DNA of 64,000 nt from Escherichia coli (GTDB lineage Bacteria; Pseudomonadota; Gammaproteobacteria; Enterobacterales; Enterobacteriaceae). Shown in pieces: positions 29,721-39,214 of the stretch; within the stretch, counting starts at the first letter, position 1, and every line of letters begins with the position of its first letter. The stretch lies in assembly GCF_003790525.1 (NCBI RefSeq), contig NZ_CP033636.1; one strand, 5' to 3'. Position numbers and translations under genes: made by a program. Under the pieces are notes generated by a model. The model did no database searches and was not told the DNA's origin. It saw only the letters and a list, made by a program, of their open reading frames with translations.

Positions 29721-30257
29721 TTAATGTATTGCCGAAGTATGCTGCATCATGATGGTGGTGCGGGGAAAGATTTCAAACTTCCACAATTCTGAAGCCGTGT
29801 TCCAACCATGAAAGATCCCGTCTCCACAGCGAGTGTTAAAAGCAAGAATTTCATCCCTGACCTGGTAAGCGAGCACTTCTGGCATATCAATAAATTCAGG
29901 TAAGGAAAGAAGAATCCCATGGATAACTTCTCCGGTTAACTTACTCATAACCTCTTCCTCAGACAGGGCAGCGTCCGGGAACAAACACGACGGAAGTGAA
30001 AAACAACATAGGTCAAGACCAAGAGCAGCCCTTCCTGCGTCGTAGCCTTCTTCATTAACGACAAAACGAAAGAATTTTTCAGCCTCACCCAGTAATGTTG
30101 ACGGTCCTTCAGACGGAACTTCAATACCACTGAAGACTTTATCGGTCCAGTTGGTAAATGGACTGGTGAAAACCCAACAAATTAAGGATAACGCCAGCTC
30201 TTCCTTAAACATACGTTCAGTGCCGGTTGTTCTGGAAAGTTGCTTTTGAGTACTCAT
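29721..30257 (-). CDS. hypothetical protein (178 aa)
   Basis: ORF from track. Confidence 0.4.
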   Translation of the reverse strand: MSTQKQLSRTTGTERMFKEELALSLICWVFTSPFTNWTDKVFSGIEVPSEGPSTLLGEAEKFFRFVVNEEGYDAGRAALGLDLCCFSLPSCLFPDAALSEEEVMSKLTGEVIHGILLSLPEFIDMPEVLAYQVRDEILAFNTRCGDGIFHGWNTASELWKFEIFPRTTIMMQHTSAIH

Positions 30258-30330
30258 GTTTTACCTGTTGCATGAAATTATTGATGTTATATAAACACAA
30301 CCGGCATTTTATCTAATAGGTTTGAAAACA

Positions 30331-30588
30331 CTAAAAATCGCAAATGCTGGTACCTTTCTGTTTTAAGAGATTTTCAAGGTAAAGTGAGCCGAGATCAATT
30401 GGCTGGTTCTCTTCAAGACAGGCTCGCACAAGATCTTCAATAGAGACCGAATCAACCCCCCTTCCCTGTAAAATTTCTTTAGCAGATGCCAGCGTTTTAT
30501 GAACGCTTCGACTTAGTTGTAATCTGACTTGTGTGCGGGTATCAAAAAGACAATCTTCTGTGACACTTTGTGAAACGGTTCTACTCAT
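30331..30588 (-). CDS. hypothetical protein (85 aa)
   Basis: ORF from track. Confidence 0.35.
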   Translation of the reverse strand: MSRTVSQSVTEDCLFDTRTQVRLQLSRSVHKTLASAKEILQGRGVDSVSIEDLVRACLEENQPIDLGSLYLENLLKQKGTSICDF

Positions 30589-30595
30589 TGAAAAA

Positions 30596-31186
30596 TCACT
30601 CCATTTCTGGGATCGAATGAAAATTAACAGCTATAGATGTATCAGGTTTCCCATTTTCTACGATACTCAACCACGTACGCGCTGAGATTTGTTGTTCACA
30701 GACGAGTATGTAACCTGTTCCCTGTTGATGATGTAGCTCAAGAGCTTTTAGGATAGGCCCTGAATGAGGTCCGAGAGCATCACGCGTGTGAATAAGCGTT
30801 TGCTCTGGCAATACGTTGCTAAGCATAGACAGCAGAACATTACGCTCATCCTCATTATCCGACAAAACAAGAATTATACGAAAACCCGTTTTTATACGAA
30901 ATCTGATCTCTGAAACTAACTTTCTTAATCTTAATTTATATATGACCAGGCGGAATCGAGTCATCAGTAAAGAAACCACTGTGAAGATAACGATTACTGC
31001 GCCATATTTTGACCTGTAGAACCACCAGTTAAGGCCTCCAGCAACTATCAGGATTAACATTAAAATTAAACTCCCATAGAAAAAAAGTGCTGGGTAGCGA
31101 GTTGTCTTTCCTTCAATTAGTGCTGAGGCAAATATCAAAATGGATATTCCGTAAATTACCCAGTCAAAAATACTTTCTCCAATCAT
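30596..31186 (-). CDS. hypothetical membrane-anchored protein (196 aa)
   Basis: Three N-terminal hydrophobic helices then a soluble C-terminal domain. Confidence 0.4.
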   Translation of the reverse strand: MIGESIFDWVIYGISILIFASALIEGKTTRYPALFFYGSLILMLILIVAGGLNWWFYRSKYGAVIVIFTVVSLLMTRFRLVIYKLRLRKLVSEIRFRIKTGFRIILVLSDNEDERNVLLSMLSNVLPEQTLIHTRDALGPHSGPILKALELHHQQGTGYILVCEQQISARTWLSIVENGKPDTSIAVNFHSIPEME

Positions 31187-31230
31187 TCTTTAGTGAACAT
31201 CCTTAAAAGTGGAAATGTAGGTTTATGGGT

Positions 31231-31536
31231 TTATGCATTTTCCTGATGGCCTTGACAACCAAGGATTTCACAGAAATTGTCACAGTGTGAAGCTGTAACA
31301 AAGCGCTCTCCACGTTCGAATCGCTCAACCAAATCCTTTCTTACTTCACTTCCAGGTTTCTGGAAGATGTACTCAAGCTGGAGATCCTCGGCCGTAGAAA
31401 GTAGTCGTTCTATGCTGAAATCAACATGGTAAAAGCAAAACTGATTATCAACCGGGGGAAAGTTGCTTTTGGTACTGTTCTCGTTTTTGGATTTTAGTTC
31501 ATTCATGAGCTCTCCTTGGTTGAGAACAGTATACAA
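31231..31536 (-). CDS. hypothetical protein (101 aa)
   Basis: ORF from track. Confidence 0.35.
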   Translation of the reverse strand: MYTVLNQGELMNELKSKNENSTKSNFPPVDNQFCFYHVDFSIERLLSTAEDLQLEYIFQKPGSEVRKDLVERFERGERFVTASHCDNFCEILGCQGHQENA

Positions 31537-31704
31537 ATCTCTTTAGGGATTTTTTTTCGTTAATAGCACTTTTTTGAGTTTAAAGAGTATGTTCATACCA
31601 GAGCATTAGAGGCTACGAAAAGGATAATGGAATTAGAAAGATAGATTTTAAGTGGTGATGTAAGGTGGGATAGGTAGAAGAGGAGTAGACGCTTGTAAGC
31701 GAGG

Positions 31705-31730
31705 CAAAAAAAAGGCACGGAAACCGTGCC
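31705..31730 (-). terminator. Rho-independent terminator ending the paralogue array
   Basis: On the minus strand: GGCACGG-TTT-CCGTGCC followed by T8; about 40 nt past the P5 stop. Confidence 0.65.
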
Positions 31731-31769
31731 ATAAGAGTATGTGAGAAAAAATCAAAATCAGGGAAAGAA

Positions 31770-32726
31770 TCAAGCAGCTTGTGAAACTGAATCTCCAACT
31801 GCAAGATTTAAATTTCTTAGGTTATCGAAAACTTCAGATACTAAGTCATTACGGTCGTGGATTTTAATCCGCCCACCGGTTAACTCTGAAACATAAACGG
31901 TATGGCAGAGGTCAGTAACCACTTCGCCGTATTCATCAACGACTTCCAAAGATGCAATCATCGGAATATAAGAAGCCGCAGCATAGCTCTCATAAATACT
32001 TATTATGGAGTCATTGTTGCGTCGAGAAATTACCCTACCAGAAGGTAAAGCCTCATCTTCCATATAGCAATCAGATAGGTCCTCACAGAAGTCATTTTCT
32101 TTAAGTGAAATATTAAGGGTCAATTCACTGTTGATAGAGCGTGAATAAGAATATTCACTCAGTTTATAGCAAGCCAAACTAATATCACTAAAAGTTTCAT
32201 AAGCTTTATAGAGGCTCGATGTTATAGACTCAGATACAAATGTTATTAGTCCAATAAAATGAGTATCCCAGAACTGTTGCAAAGCAAAACGGGCAATCAT
32301 AACCTGACCATCAACCTGCATCAGTCTGTTATATTCATCCCGGTCATAACCTTTCGACTGAGAAACATCATTAGACATGCTAAGAACTTCACTACAAACA
32401 TCATCATATTCAAAACGACTAGTTGCAAAGTGTTTTCCTGAAATTTCAAGGTACTGACCAGAGACTGCGTCAAACACCTCAAGAAAGTAACAGAGTCGCG
32501 ATTTTAAAGATTCTCTGTTTAAAGCTTCTATTTCATTCTCAGAGATACTATCGACATATAAATCAACAACATTCTTGAGTTCAATAGCTTTGATATTACA
32601 GGTAAAAGAAAGCTCGTCACTTTGACAATGGCAAACACTTAATACTATATCCGCCTCATCAAAATCTATGCCAAGATAACTCAGAACTGCTCGGACATAG
32701 TTTTTATCATCAGATGAATGTGTCAT
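31770..32726 (-). CDS. paralogue-array protein P5 (about 318 aa, unknown function)
   Basis: Clear similarity to P4 (e.g. QVDGQVMIARFALQQFWDTHFIGLITFV versus KVDGKVLVAKFALKQFFHSDFGDFISFV); ATG 32726 preceded by GAGGTAGTGTAT as for P4. Confidence 0.55.
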   Translation of the reverse strand: MTHSSDDKNYVRAVLSYLGIDFDEADIVLSVCHCQSDELSFTCNIKAIELKNVVDLYVDSISENEIEALNRESLKSRLCYFLEVFDAVSGQYLEISGKHFATSRFEYDDVCSEVLSMSNDVSQSKGYDRDEYNRLMQVDGQVMIARFALQQFWDTHFIGLITFVSESITSSLYKAYETFSDISLACYKLSEYSYSRSINSELTLNISLKENDFCEDLSDCYMEDEALPSGRVISRRNNDSIISIYESYAAASYIPMIASLEVVDEYGEVVTDLCHTVYVSELTGGRIKIHDRNDLVSEVFDNLRNLNLAVGDSVSQAA

Positions 32727-32866
32727 ATACACTACCTCGAATTTGAGAGGAAGTGCCCCAGAAGGGAAGCGACTTCCCCACTGGGTTAGATAAAAATTTG
32801 GTTAAGCTAAAAGAAGATGCCAGCGACAGATTTTACATTGTCATAGACAAGTGTCTTCAGCCAACC

Positions 32867-32877
32867 AAAGTTACTTT
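32867..32877. repeat. AAAGTWACTTT palindrome copy 5 (intergenic P4-P5)
   Basis: Exact match ccAAAGTTACTTTTTTgg. Confidence 0.9.
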
Positions 32878-32897
32878 TTTGGACTGAAGCAAAAGGA

Positions 32898-33836
32898 TCA
32901 TTGAGACGCGTTACGAAAATCGTCAAAAGCTTCAGTTATTAGTAATGTGCGATCAGTTACTCTGTATCGGTCATTACTTTCGAGAGATACGTAAGTTGAA
33001 TGCGAAGAATCACAGACAACACGCCCTCTTTTATTGATCAATCTTACTTCCATCATCACCGGCACATTGATAATTGAAGCAACATCGGTATAGAGGGATA
33101 TGAGGGCATCATTGTCACAATATAACGCCCCGTTCCCATCAAATGTATCGTTAAACTTAATATATATATCTGGCATATTTGCCGGATAATCATCAGTATT
33201 GAAATCAATGCATAACTTTAAGTCATCATTAATACGGCGATTAATCTTATGCTGCCCTACACGTACAAAGCCATGTTCAACAGCTTTGATAATCCTTAAA
33301 GTTTCATTAAGACAATCTGTAATTCTTTTCTCGACAAATGAGATAAAGTCACCAAAGTCGGAATGAAAAAACTGTTTAAGTGCAAATTTCGCAACTAACA
33401 CTTTCCCATCCACCTTCATTTTATCGAGATAAAGATTTCTTATAGCATCAGTAGAAGAATTAGCTTTAGATAACTCTTCACAGTCATTAATAATCATTGA
33501 AACAATATCAATAACTTTAACTGGGCTTAAAGTATTACTATATCCGCGAATATCAAACGTAAAAAATCCGAAATTCTTAAATACTCCAAGAAAATAAATT
33601 ATTTTTTGTTTCAAAAGAATAGAATCGGAGTAAGATGCGTTGTGCTTTATTAGCTCAGATATGTAGAGATCCAACATACAATTTAAATTATCGATATCTA
33701 CATCGTAATCAAAGGTTACTTTGTCGAACGAAGTATCAGATAATTGAACGGTTATATCGTCAGCGGAAACATTAAGGCCTAAATTTTGATAAAGAAAGGC
33801 ACTAACAAATTCCACGTGGTCAGATTCTTTAAACAT
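32898..33836 (-). CDS. paralogue-array protein P4 (312 aa, unknown function)
   Basis: Paralogous to P5; GAGG SD. Confidence 0.55.
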   Translation of the reverse strand: MFKESDHVEFVSAFLYQNLGLNVSADDITVQLSDTSFDKVTFDYDVDIDNLNCMLDLYISELIKHNASYSDSILLKQKIIYFLGVFKNFGFFTFDIRGYSNTLSPVKVIDIVSMIINDCEELSKANSSTDAIRNLYLDKMKVDGKVLVAKFALKQFFHSDFGDFISFVEKRITDCLNETLRIIKAVEHGFVRVGQHKINRRINDDLKLCIDFNTDDYPANMPDIYIKFNDTFDGNGALYCDNDALISLYTDVASIINVPVMMEVRLINKRGRVVCDSSHSTYVSLESNDRYRVTDRTLLITEAFDDFRNASQ

Positions 33837-33902
33837 TTACACTACCTCATGACTAAAAAGGAAGTGCTTCCCACCGGGAAGCAGGTTCCCGGATGGGTTA
33901 GA

Positions 33903-34823
33903 TTAATTATAAAAGAGTTCTTCAGAAGGTACATGCATTTCTGGTTTGAACTGTTTTAAGGAGTTGTTTATAGCTTTTCGATATAACCCTGAAGAGTGTG
34001 GCTTAAACATTTGATATTCCGTAACGAGCAGAGGAGACGTAAAGCATCCTAAGTTCACTAGTGAAATACTTGATGTTTCTTCACAAACATCTAATTCAGC
34101 GTATATCCGCCTCTTCATTACCCTGCCTGCTAAATAGCGACGAACATGATTTATAAACTTGTCCGCATCTGATATAGAATTAACTATATAATCAGATGTG
34201 ACTATCTGATTAGATACAGTTTCAGGTATAGCTTCGGCTATTATTTTTACGTTCATTTCATAATCAACACTATGGAAGCAAGCAAGAATTTGTGGCTTCG
34301 CGCTTTCTAAAATCTTTTCAAGAACAGAAAAAATCAGAGAGAACTCGTTTAAAATTCGCTTTTGTATAAGTCCATGTAGATGTTTTATGAAAGGAGAACC
34401 GTGTTCAACAAGGCCTAGTATAAGATCCTTAGAGGCCAAATCTGAGCGGTAATAAACGTATTCTAGATTATCCCGGTTAAATCCTTTGAAAAGCAAATCA
34501 GGCTGCTCTGAGACCAGTCGTAAATGAGTTGAAGCTATAGAAACTTCAAAACGAAAGTTCGCGAGATTTACAGGACCTGCTTTTAATGTAGCCGCTTCGG
34601 AAAAATAAATGAAAAGAGGATGCAAATCATCGTTACCACTGTAAAGATGGTCTGCACCCTTAAGATATTTCACCAAATGAGGTAGAAAAGATATTACTGG
34701 AATATCAGCCACAAATCGAATATGCCGAAATGGTTTTGAATCCAAATATATATTTTCCACTACAGCGCCAACAAAACCCATTTTAACAAGAATAGATTCA
34801 ACTAACTTTTGTATAGCATTCAT
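33903..34823 (-). CDS. paralogue-array protein P3 (306 aa, unknown function)
   Basis: Same size class and array position; AAGAGGG SD; homology to P4/P5 not verified. Confidence 0.5.
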   Translation of the reverse strand: MNAIQKLVESILVKMGFVGAVVENIYLDSKPFRHIRFVADIPVISFLPHLVKYLKGADHLYSGNDDLHPLFIYFSEAATLKAGPVNLANFRFEVSIASTHLRLVSEQPDLLFKGFNRDNLEYVYYRSDLASKDLILGLVEHGSPFIKHLHGLIQKRILNEFSLIFSVLEKILESAKPQILACFHSVDYEMNVKIIAEAIPETVSNQIVTSDYIVNSISDADKFINHVRRYLAGRVMKRRIYAELDVCEETSSISLVNLGCFTSPLLVTEYQMFKPHSSGLYRKAINNSLKQFKPEMHVPSEELFYN

Positions 34824-34843
34824 TTCAATACCCTCTTAATAGA

Positions 34844-34879
34844 GGGATTTCTCCCATAGGGAGAAATCCCTATGGGAGA
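34844..34879 (-). repeat. Two overlapping, mutually exclusive perfect hairpins between P2 and P3
   Basis: GGGATTTCTCCC-ATA-GGGAGAAATCCC (34844-34870) overlaps TCTCCCATAGGGA-GAAA-TCCCTATGGGAGA (34850-34879); followed by CCCTCT-ATTA-AGAGGG which pairs with the SD of P3. Confidence 0.7.
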
Positions 34880-34891
34880 AAATAATTTTAA

Positions 34892-35827
34892 TTAATAATT
34901 ATAGCGAAGCGCATGTTCTTTTTCACTAAGATGGTTTTCATATTCCGACTTACCAGAACTTAAACACTCTTTGAAAAAGACCTTTGAAAAATTCTTCAAG
35001 TCACTTCGGTTATTAATTTCTTTGTCAGACATCAACTTAGCTGAGTGTGAGGTATCAACAGGCCCCAACCACCATTCATATTTAATATAAACACAATTGG
35101 TTTGTGTATGTCCATTTAGAAATCGTTTTGCATTTCTAAGTATTTTTCTACAACCGTTAAGGTCTGAAAGTAAGATATCTGGAGCAATGAGCTCTTCCAG
35201 AATATGACCAGGTAAGCCTTTCCTAAAAAGCTCAACATCGTAACTACAATACCAGTCACGATAATTAAAAGCTTTAATAAGTCTTTCAGGTGTATCCAAA
35301 GATATCTTATTCAGGATTTTTAATGCAAAGCATACAGCATCTTTTAACAACTCGTGCACCTCAACATTGATAAATGAGAAAAACGAGCTTAATTCTTTCT
35401 CTAAGGAATTATACAACTTACCGTAAATATCCTGAGAAAAAAGATACTGCAATCTTTCTTTATTATAAGTGCAATTCGAAATTGAATAGACTTCTCCTCT
35501 TTCGATTTTGCACCCTTCCCTTAAAACTATAGGAAACCTCAAATGGTTAACAAAGAAAGAATGATTCTTTCTTTGCTTCAAAGCATCTAATTGAAATTTC
35601 GTAATTTCCTCCAGATTTGCATCTTCAAAACCTGGAAAGGGAATATCACAGAAACAAGAACTATATGCTTTTGCTGATTCATACATAAACTCCAGTGAAA
35701 CATCAGCATCAAAAGACATACCAGAGAACATGCCCTGCCCATTGTCTAAAAATGTAATGTTTTTAACCTGTATTTTTTTATGTTGAACAACCAAAAAGGC
35801 ATTAATGATTTTTTCGATAATTTTCAT
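34892..35827 (-). CDS. paralogue-array protein P2 (about 311 aa, unknown function)
   Basis: ATG at 35827 preceded by GAGAGAGG; the track ORF starts at an upstream TTG (35842). Confidence 0.5.
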   Translation of the reverse strand: MKIIEKIINAFLVVQHKKIQVKNITFLDNGQGMFSGMSFDADVSLEFMYESAKAYSSCFCDIPFPGFEDANLEEITKFQLDALKQRKNHSFFVNHLRFPIVLREGCKIERGEVYSISNCTYNKERLQYLFSQDIYGKLYNSLEKELSSFFSFINVEVHELLKDAVCFALKILNKISLDTPERLIKAFNYRDWYCSYDVELFRKGLPGHILEELIAPDILLSDLNGCRKILRNAKRFLNGHTQTNCVYIKYEWWLGPVDTSHSAKLMSDKEINNRSDLKNFSKVFFKECLSSGKSEYENHLSEKEHALRYNY

Positions 35828-35843
35828 GTGATCCTCTCTCAAT

Positions 35844-35879
35844 AAAAAAAGGGATCACTCCCATATGGGGTGTGATCCC
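35844..35879 (-). terminator. Terminator-like hairpin with U7 between P1 and P2
   Basis: On the minus strand: GGGATCAC-(13-nt loop containing palindrome CCCATATGGG)-GTGATCCC followed by T7, then the SD and start of P2. Confidence 0.6.
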
Positions 35880-35897
35880 CACATGGGTATAATTTAA

Positions 35898-36776
35898 TTA
35901 AAAATCTGTAAGACCTAAATCTTTATTTCTACCACAAACTGTAGAAGATATAAGACGTTTTACTCGCTTTCGAGCACTTCGGCCTGACGTATCTTTCAAG
36001 TACATCGGTAATGACAATGATGAAATTTGATTACTTCGCTTATGATGGCAGACTATATAGCCCTGCCTCCACCCCGAACGCACAAACTCACGGATGCGGT
36101 TAATATATGCCGAAGCTTGAGATTTTGTACTTATCGATTCAGAACACTTTAAGTTCTGTTCGATAGAGTAAAGCTCAGCCGCCATGAATTTCACCTCATA
36201 CAGCTCATCGCCATAACTTATAGTTTTCAACAGCTCTTCCTTTTCCCGAATGAAAAATACTTGCTGCATTCCAAGGATCAGGTCATAGGCCTCTCGAAAG
36301 AGGTCGATAAGCTTATTACGAACATAAATCATAAACTCCTCAAAGTGCTGAAGCCAGAAATAAGCCGCATTACTTATTTGTGAATTGTGAGAACAAACAA
36401 GCCCTTTAGCAAGCTCGACCTCTTCCTCCCGAAAAGTAAAGTTACTTTTCTTAAACCGACTTTGTTCAAAAATGCTTTGATGCATTTCTATCCATACAGA
36501 AACAAAACCGAGGGATTCAAATTCTTCGTTTAACAAATGTAAACTTTCGAAGATTTTCTGAATTTCGATCCCGATGTCATATGACAGTGGACATTCTTTT
36601 ATAGAATAAACATAACCGGGTAGGAAGTGAGATAAATGCTCAGTTCGCAAATATAAACTGAATTTAAGTTCTGTCAGTGGTTGTTTCAAAGATAACTTAG
36701 ATGATTCGCTTATATTTACTGGTTCAACGCCATTTCTAATCAAAATAGCTTTTACCAGGTCCGTAGCTAACTTCAT
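35898..36776 (-). CDS. paralogue-array protein P1 (292 aa, unknown function)
   Basis: First gene of the array; GGAGG SD. Confidence 0.5.
   Translation of the reverse strand: MKLATDLVKAILIRNGVEPVNISESSKLSLKQPLTELKFSLYLRTEHLSHFLPGYVYSIKECPLSYDIGIEIQKIFESLHLLNEEFESLGFVSVWIEMHQSIFEQSRFKKSNFTFREEEVELAKGLVCSHNSQISNAAYFWLQHFEEFMIYVRNKLIDLFREAYDLILGMQQVFFIREKEELLKTISYGDELYEVKFMAAELYSIEQNLKCSESISTKSQASAYINRIREFVRSGWRQGYIVCHHKRSNQISSLSLPMYLKDTSGRSARKRVKRLISSTVCGRNKDLGLTDF
36438..36448. repeat. AAAGTWACTTT palindrome copy 6 (inside P1 CDS, encodes S-N-F register)
   Basis: Exact match gaaaagtAAAGTTACTTTTc. Confidence 0.9.
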
Positions 36777-36854
36777 ACAGCCTCCATTCGTTATTGAGGC
36801 CTCCCTGATGCAGGTTGGCCATCAGGGAAAATATGTAAATCAATTAGCAATCAA

Positions 36855-37376
36855 TCAGACCGTTGCCATGACATTGTCAATGTATCTGACAAGGGATGGG
36901 CGGTCGTCCTGTAAGGCAAAACGGCGAAGGTCATCAAGATTATACGCAGGAAGATAATCAGCGTAACCTCGAATACGAAGGTCCTCAACCACAACTTTTA
37001 TATACTCAAATCGTCCAAGATTCCCTTTTAATGGGGGTTTTCCTGGACTAGACAGCATATCGTCTGCTTGCTCCCATGTGATTTCTTTAGCTTCACCACT
37101 ATGTAGATCAAGATGGACATATATGAATGACTTATAATCTCCACGGCAACGAAGATAATATTTCGGATAGAAATATTTGTCACAACGCAACAAACACGTT
37201 CCTGAAGGACGAACTACGTACAACAGGTTTCTGTCATTTTCTAATATGCTATGTTTCAAAATCGTTATATCTATCTCATTATCATGCAGCAAATAGCATG
37301 ACGATGGTTCATTGACGATGCGCGATTTTATAACAGCAGCAAATTTATTAAAAACTTCGTTAATTTGAAAATTCAT
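36855..37376 (-). CDS. hypothetical protein (173 aa)
   Basis: ORF from track. Confidence 0.4.
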   Translation of the reverse strand: MNFQINEVFNKFAAVIKSRIVNEPSSCYLLHDNEIDITILKHSILENDRNLLYVVRPSGTCLLRCDKYFYPKYYLRCRGDYKSFIYVHLDLHSGEAKEITWEQADDMLSSPGKPPLKGNLGRFEYIKVVVEDLRIRGYADYLPAYNLDDLRRFALQDDRPSLVRYIDNVMATV

Positions 37377-37569
37377 TAAAATGCTCTCCGATGTAAAACG
37401 ACGAGCATCACCATAACGGTAATACTCCCGTTATGGGTTTTAATAGTTTATGGAATAACCATGTCATACAACCGACCATAGCCAGTAGTACCGCACATTT
37501 ATTTAACTGAGCAAGCATCTCAGCCGTGAAAAGACCTTAAAGGCAGGTAATTATCACGAAGGAAAGCGG

Positions 37570-37613
37570 TTATCTTATCAATACAATTTTAAAATATAAT
37601 ATTGATAAGATAA
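37570..37613. promoter_or_regulatory. 14-bp perfect inverted repeat TTATCTTATCAATA / TATTGATAAGATAA with 16-bp AT-only spacer (candidate operator or origin-like site)
   Basis: Read directly; immediately followed by the CCCCCGC-AAAAA-GCGGGGG hairpin (37614-37636); lies between the primase stop and the next gene. Confidence 0.5.
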
Positions 37614-37646
37614 CCCCCCCCGCAAAAAGCGGGGGAGTTATCGTTG

Positions 37647-38879
37647 TTACAGCTGATTAAGACATTCAGGAGCCCAGTGAATCGGGAATCCATCCTGCCC
37701 TGTTAACTGGAGAACATCGTTCCAGTCGATACCCTTTTTCCCATCAGGAATATCTTGTGCTGGTTCGAAGACTTCAATTGTCAGCTTTGATGCGGGATAT
37801 CGTTTAGCCAAAAACTCAACCATGCGGCTTTGAAGTCGCTGAGCAGCTTCAATACCGGCACGAGTGCCTTGTGAGTTAGCAATATCCTTATCCGCCCAGA
37901 TATAAAAGTTTATAGATTTTACATCCGGCGGAGGCAGTAAAAAATCAGGAACAGTAACGTTTTCAAGGCACCATGCGGAGCTGGCTGCCCAGCATGGTGT
38001 TGAAGTCGCTTCTACAACAGAAAGCGCGTTCTCGATCCCTTCAGCCACTCCCAGTGTCCAGGTCGAACTACCTGAATCATAGTGAGGGTCAAACAACTGA
38101 ATTGAGCCACCTGTCATATCGGCAGGAGGCTTCATCATCAGCTTTGGATTTTCTACAGGTGCCTTATCACCATTTTTGTCTACGTATGTTCTATGAATAG
38201 TCAGAGGCCGACCTCGGGTGTCACGATAGATCGCAATCATTCCCGGATAGATAATCGATTTCTGCTTATCTTTATCCCAATAGTAGATCCGGTTATTAAA
38301 GCCTAAATCCTTTGGTAAGTGACTCAGTAAGCGGGAGATCCCACGATTACGGAGGTACAAAGCAACAGGAGTATTAGGCTTGATTTCACCGGTATAGTGA
38401 TACATCACATCAAGTTTTCGCATTCGCTTTGCCACTTCCTCTCGGTCAAGAGTTTCTGTGGCACGAACTGCTGATTTATAGCGTCGTTCATTTTCAATGT
38501 CGGCGTCAGTTAACGGAGCATGCAGATCCATCCCGAAAAAATCTGAGAGAATCTTTTTGCAAGTCTGCGTTTTACTTAATTCATAATATTTCGCCAGAAC
38601 ATCAATTCCGTCGCAAAACTCATTTACCGGAAAGTCATTATGGATCGCACATCCGGTATAAAGGTCTTTTTGTCGGAAACGAAACTTCGATTTCCCTGCG
38701 CCAGTAAACGGGCAAGGAACCTGGCTCGGGGCTTTTGCACAAGCGTCTTTGAAAGCAGGTATTCTTTCGAATATATACTTCCAGCCAGACACTTCAGCAA
38801 TTCGAGCATGAACGAGTTTAATAAAGTGTTCAGATACTTCCTGTGGATTACGACGAAGAGCCGGGGATGCATAAGTCAT
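37647..38879 (-). CDS. DNA primase-like protein (CHC2 zinc finger plus TOPRIM domain)
   Basis: Zinc-binding motif CPFTGAGKSKFRF...C.H; TOPRIM-like GVAEGIENA and WADKDIANSQG; start taken at ATG 38879, track ORF starts at 38951 and overlaps the upstream terminator. Confidence 0.65.
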   Translation of the reverse strand: MTYASPALRRNPQEVSEHFIKLVHARIAEVSGWKYIFERIPAFKDACAKAPSQVPCPFTGAGKSKFRFRQKDLYTGCAIHNDFPVNEFCDGIDVLAKYYELSKTQTCKKILSDFFGMDLHAPLTDADIENERRYKSAVRATETLDREEVAKRMRKLDVMYHYTGEIKPNTPVALYLRNRGISRLLSHLPKDLGFNNRIYYWDKDKQKSIIYPGMIAIYRDTRGRPLTIHRTYVDKNGDKAPVENPKLMMKPPADMTGGSIQLFDPHYDSGSSTWTLGVAEGIENALSVVEATSTPCWAASSAWCLENVTVPDFLLPPPDVKSINFYIWADKDIANSQGTRAGIEAAQRLQSRMVEFLAKRYPASKLTIEVFEPAQDIPDGKKGIDWNDVLQLTGQDGFPIHWAPECLNQL

Positions 38880-38960
38880 GATGATCTCTCTTATCTGGCA
38901 TTGTGAGTTTCTCAATGCCTTCTGCGGTGCAGAAGACAGGGAGAAACCCACAACGCAGAA

Positions 38961-38987
38961 TTTAAGAAAGAGGGCCCGGGGGCCCTC
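38961..38987 (-). terminator. Terminator-like hairpin after the 73-aa gene
   Basis: GAGGGCCC / GGGCCCTC stem followed on the minus strand by a U-rich tract (TTTCTTAAATT). Confidence 0.5.
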
Positions 38988-38992
38988 AACAT

Positions 38993-39214
38993 TTATGCTT
39001 CAGTCGTGAAGCCATTATTCTCAAGACACTGTATGTAGTTATCTACAAGTAACGCAGCCTGCTGGCTATTACCCTCCGCTATAGTGACTTCGCGGAAGAT
39101 TCTTTCCTGAGGGCTATCATTGCTTATAACTTCACCAACACGTCCGAAAATACGGACTTTATGCATCGCACCGACTTTTTCATGTTCTACACGGTAAGTT
39201 TTTATCTGAGTCAT
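38993..39214 (-). CDS. hypothetical small protein (73 aa)
   Basis: AAGGAG SD; no motif recognised. Confidence 0.4.
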   Translation of the reverse strand: MTQIKTYRVEHEKVGAMHKVRIFGRVGEVISNDSPQERIFREVTIAEGNSQQAALLVDNYIQCLENNGFTTEA

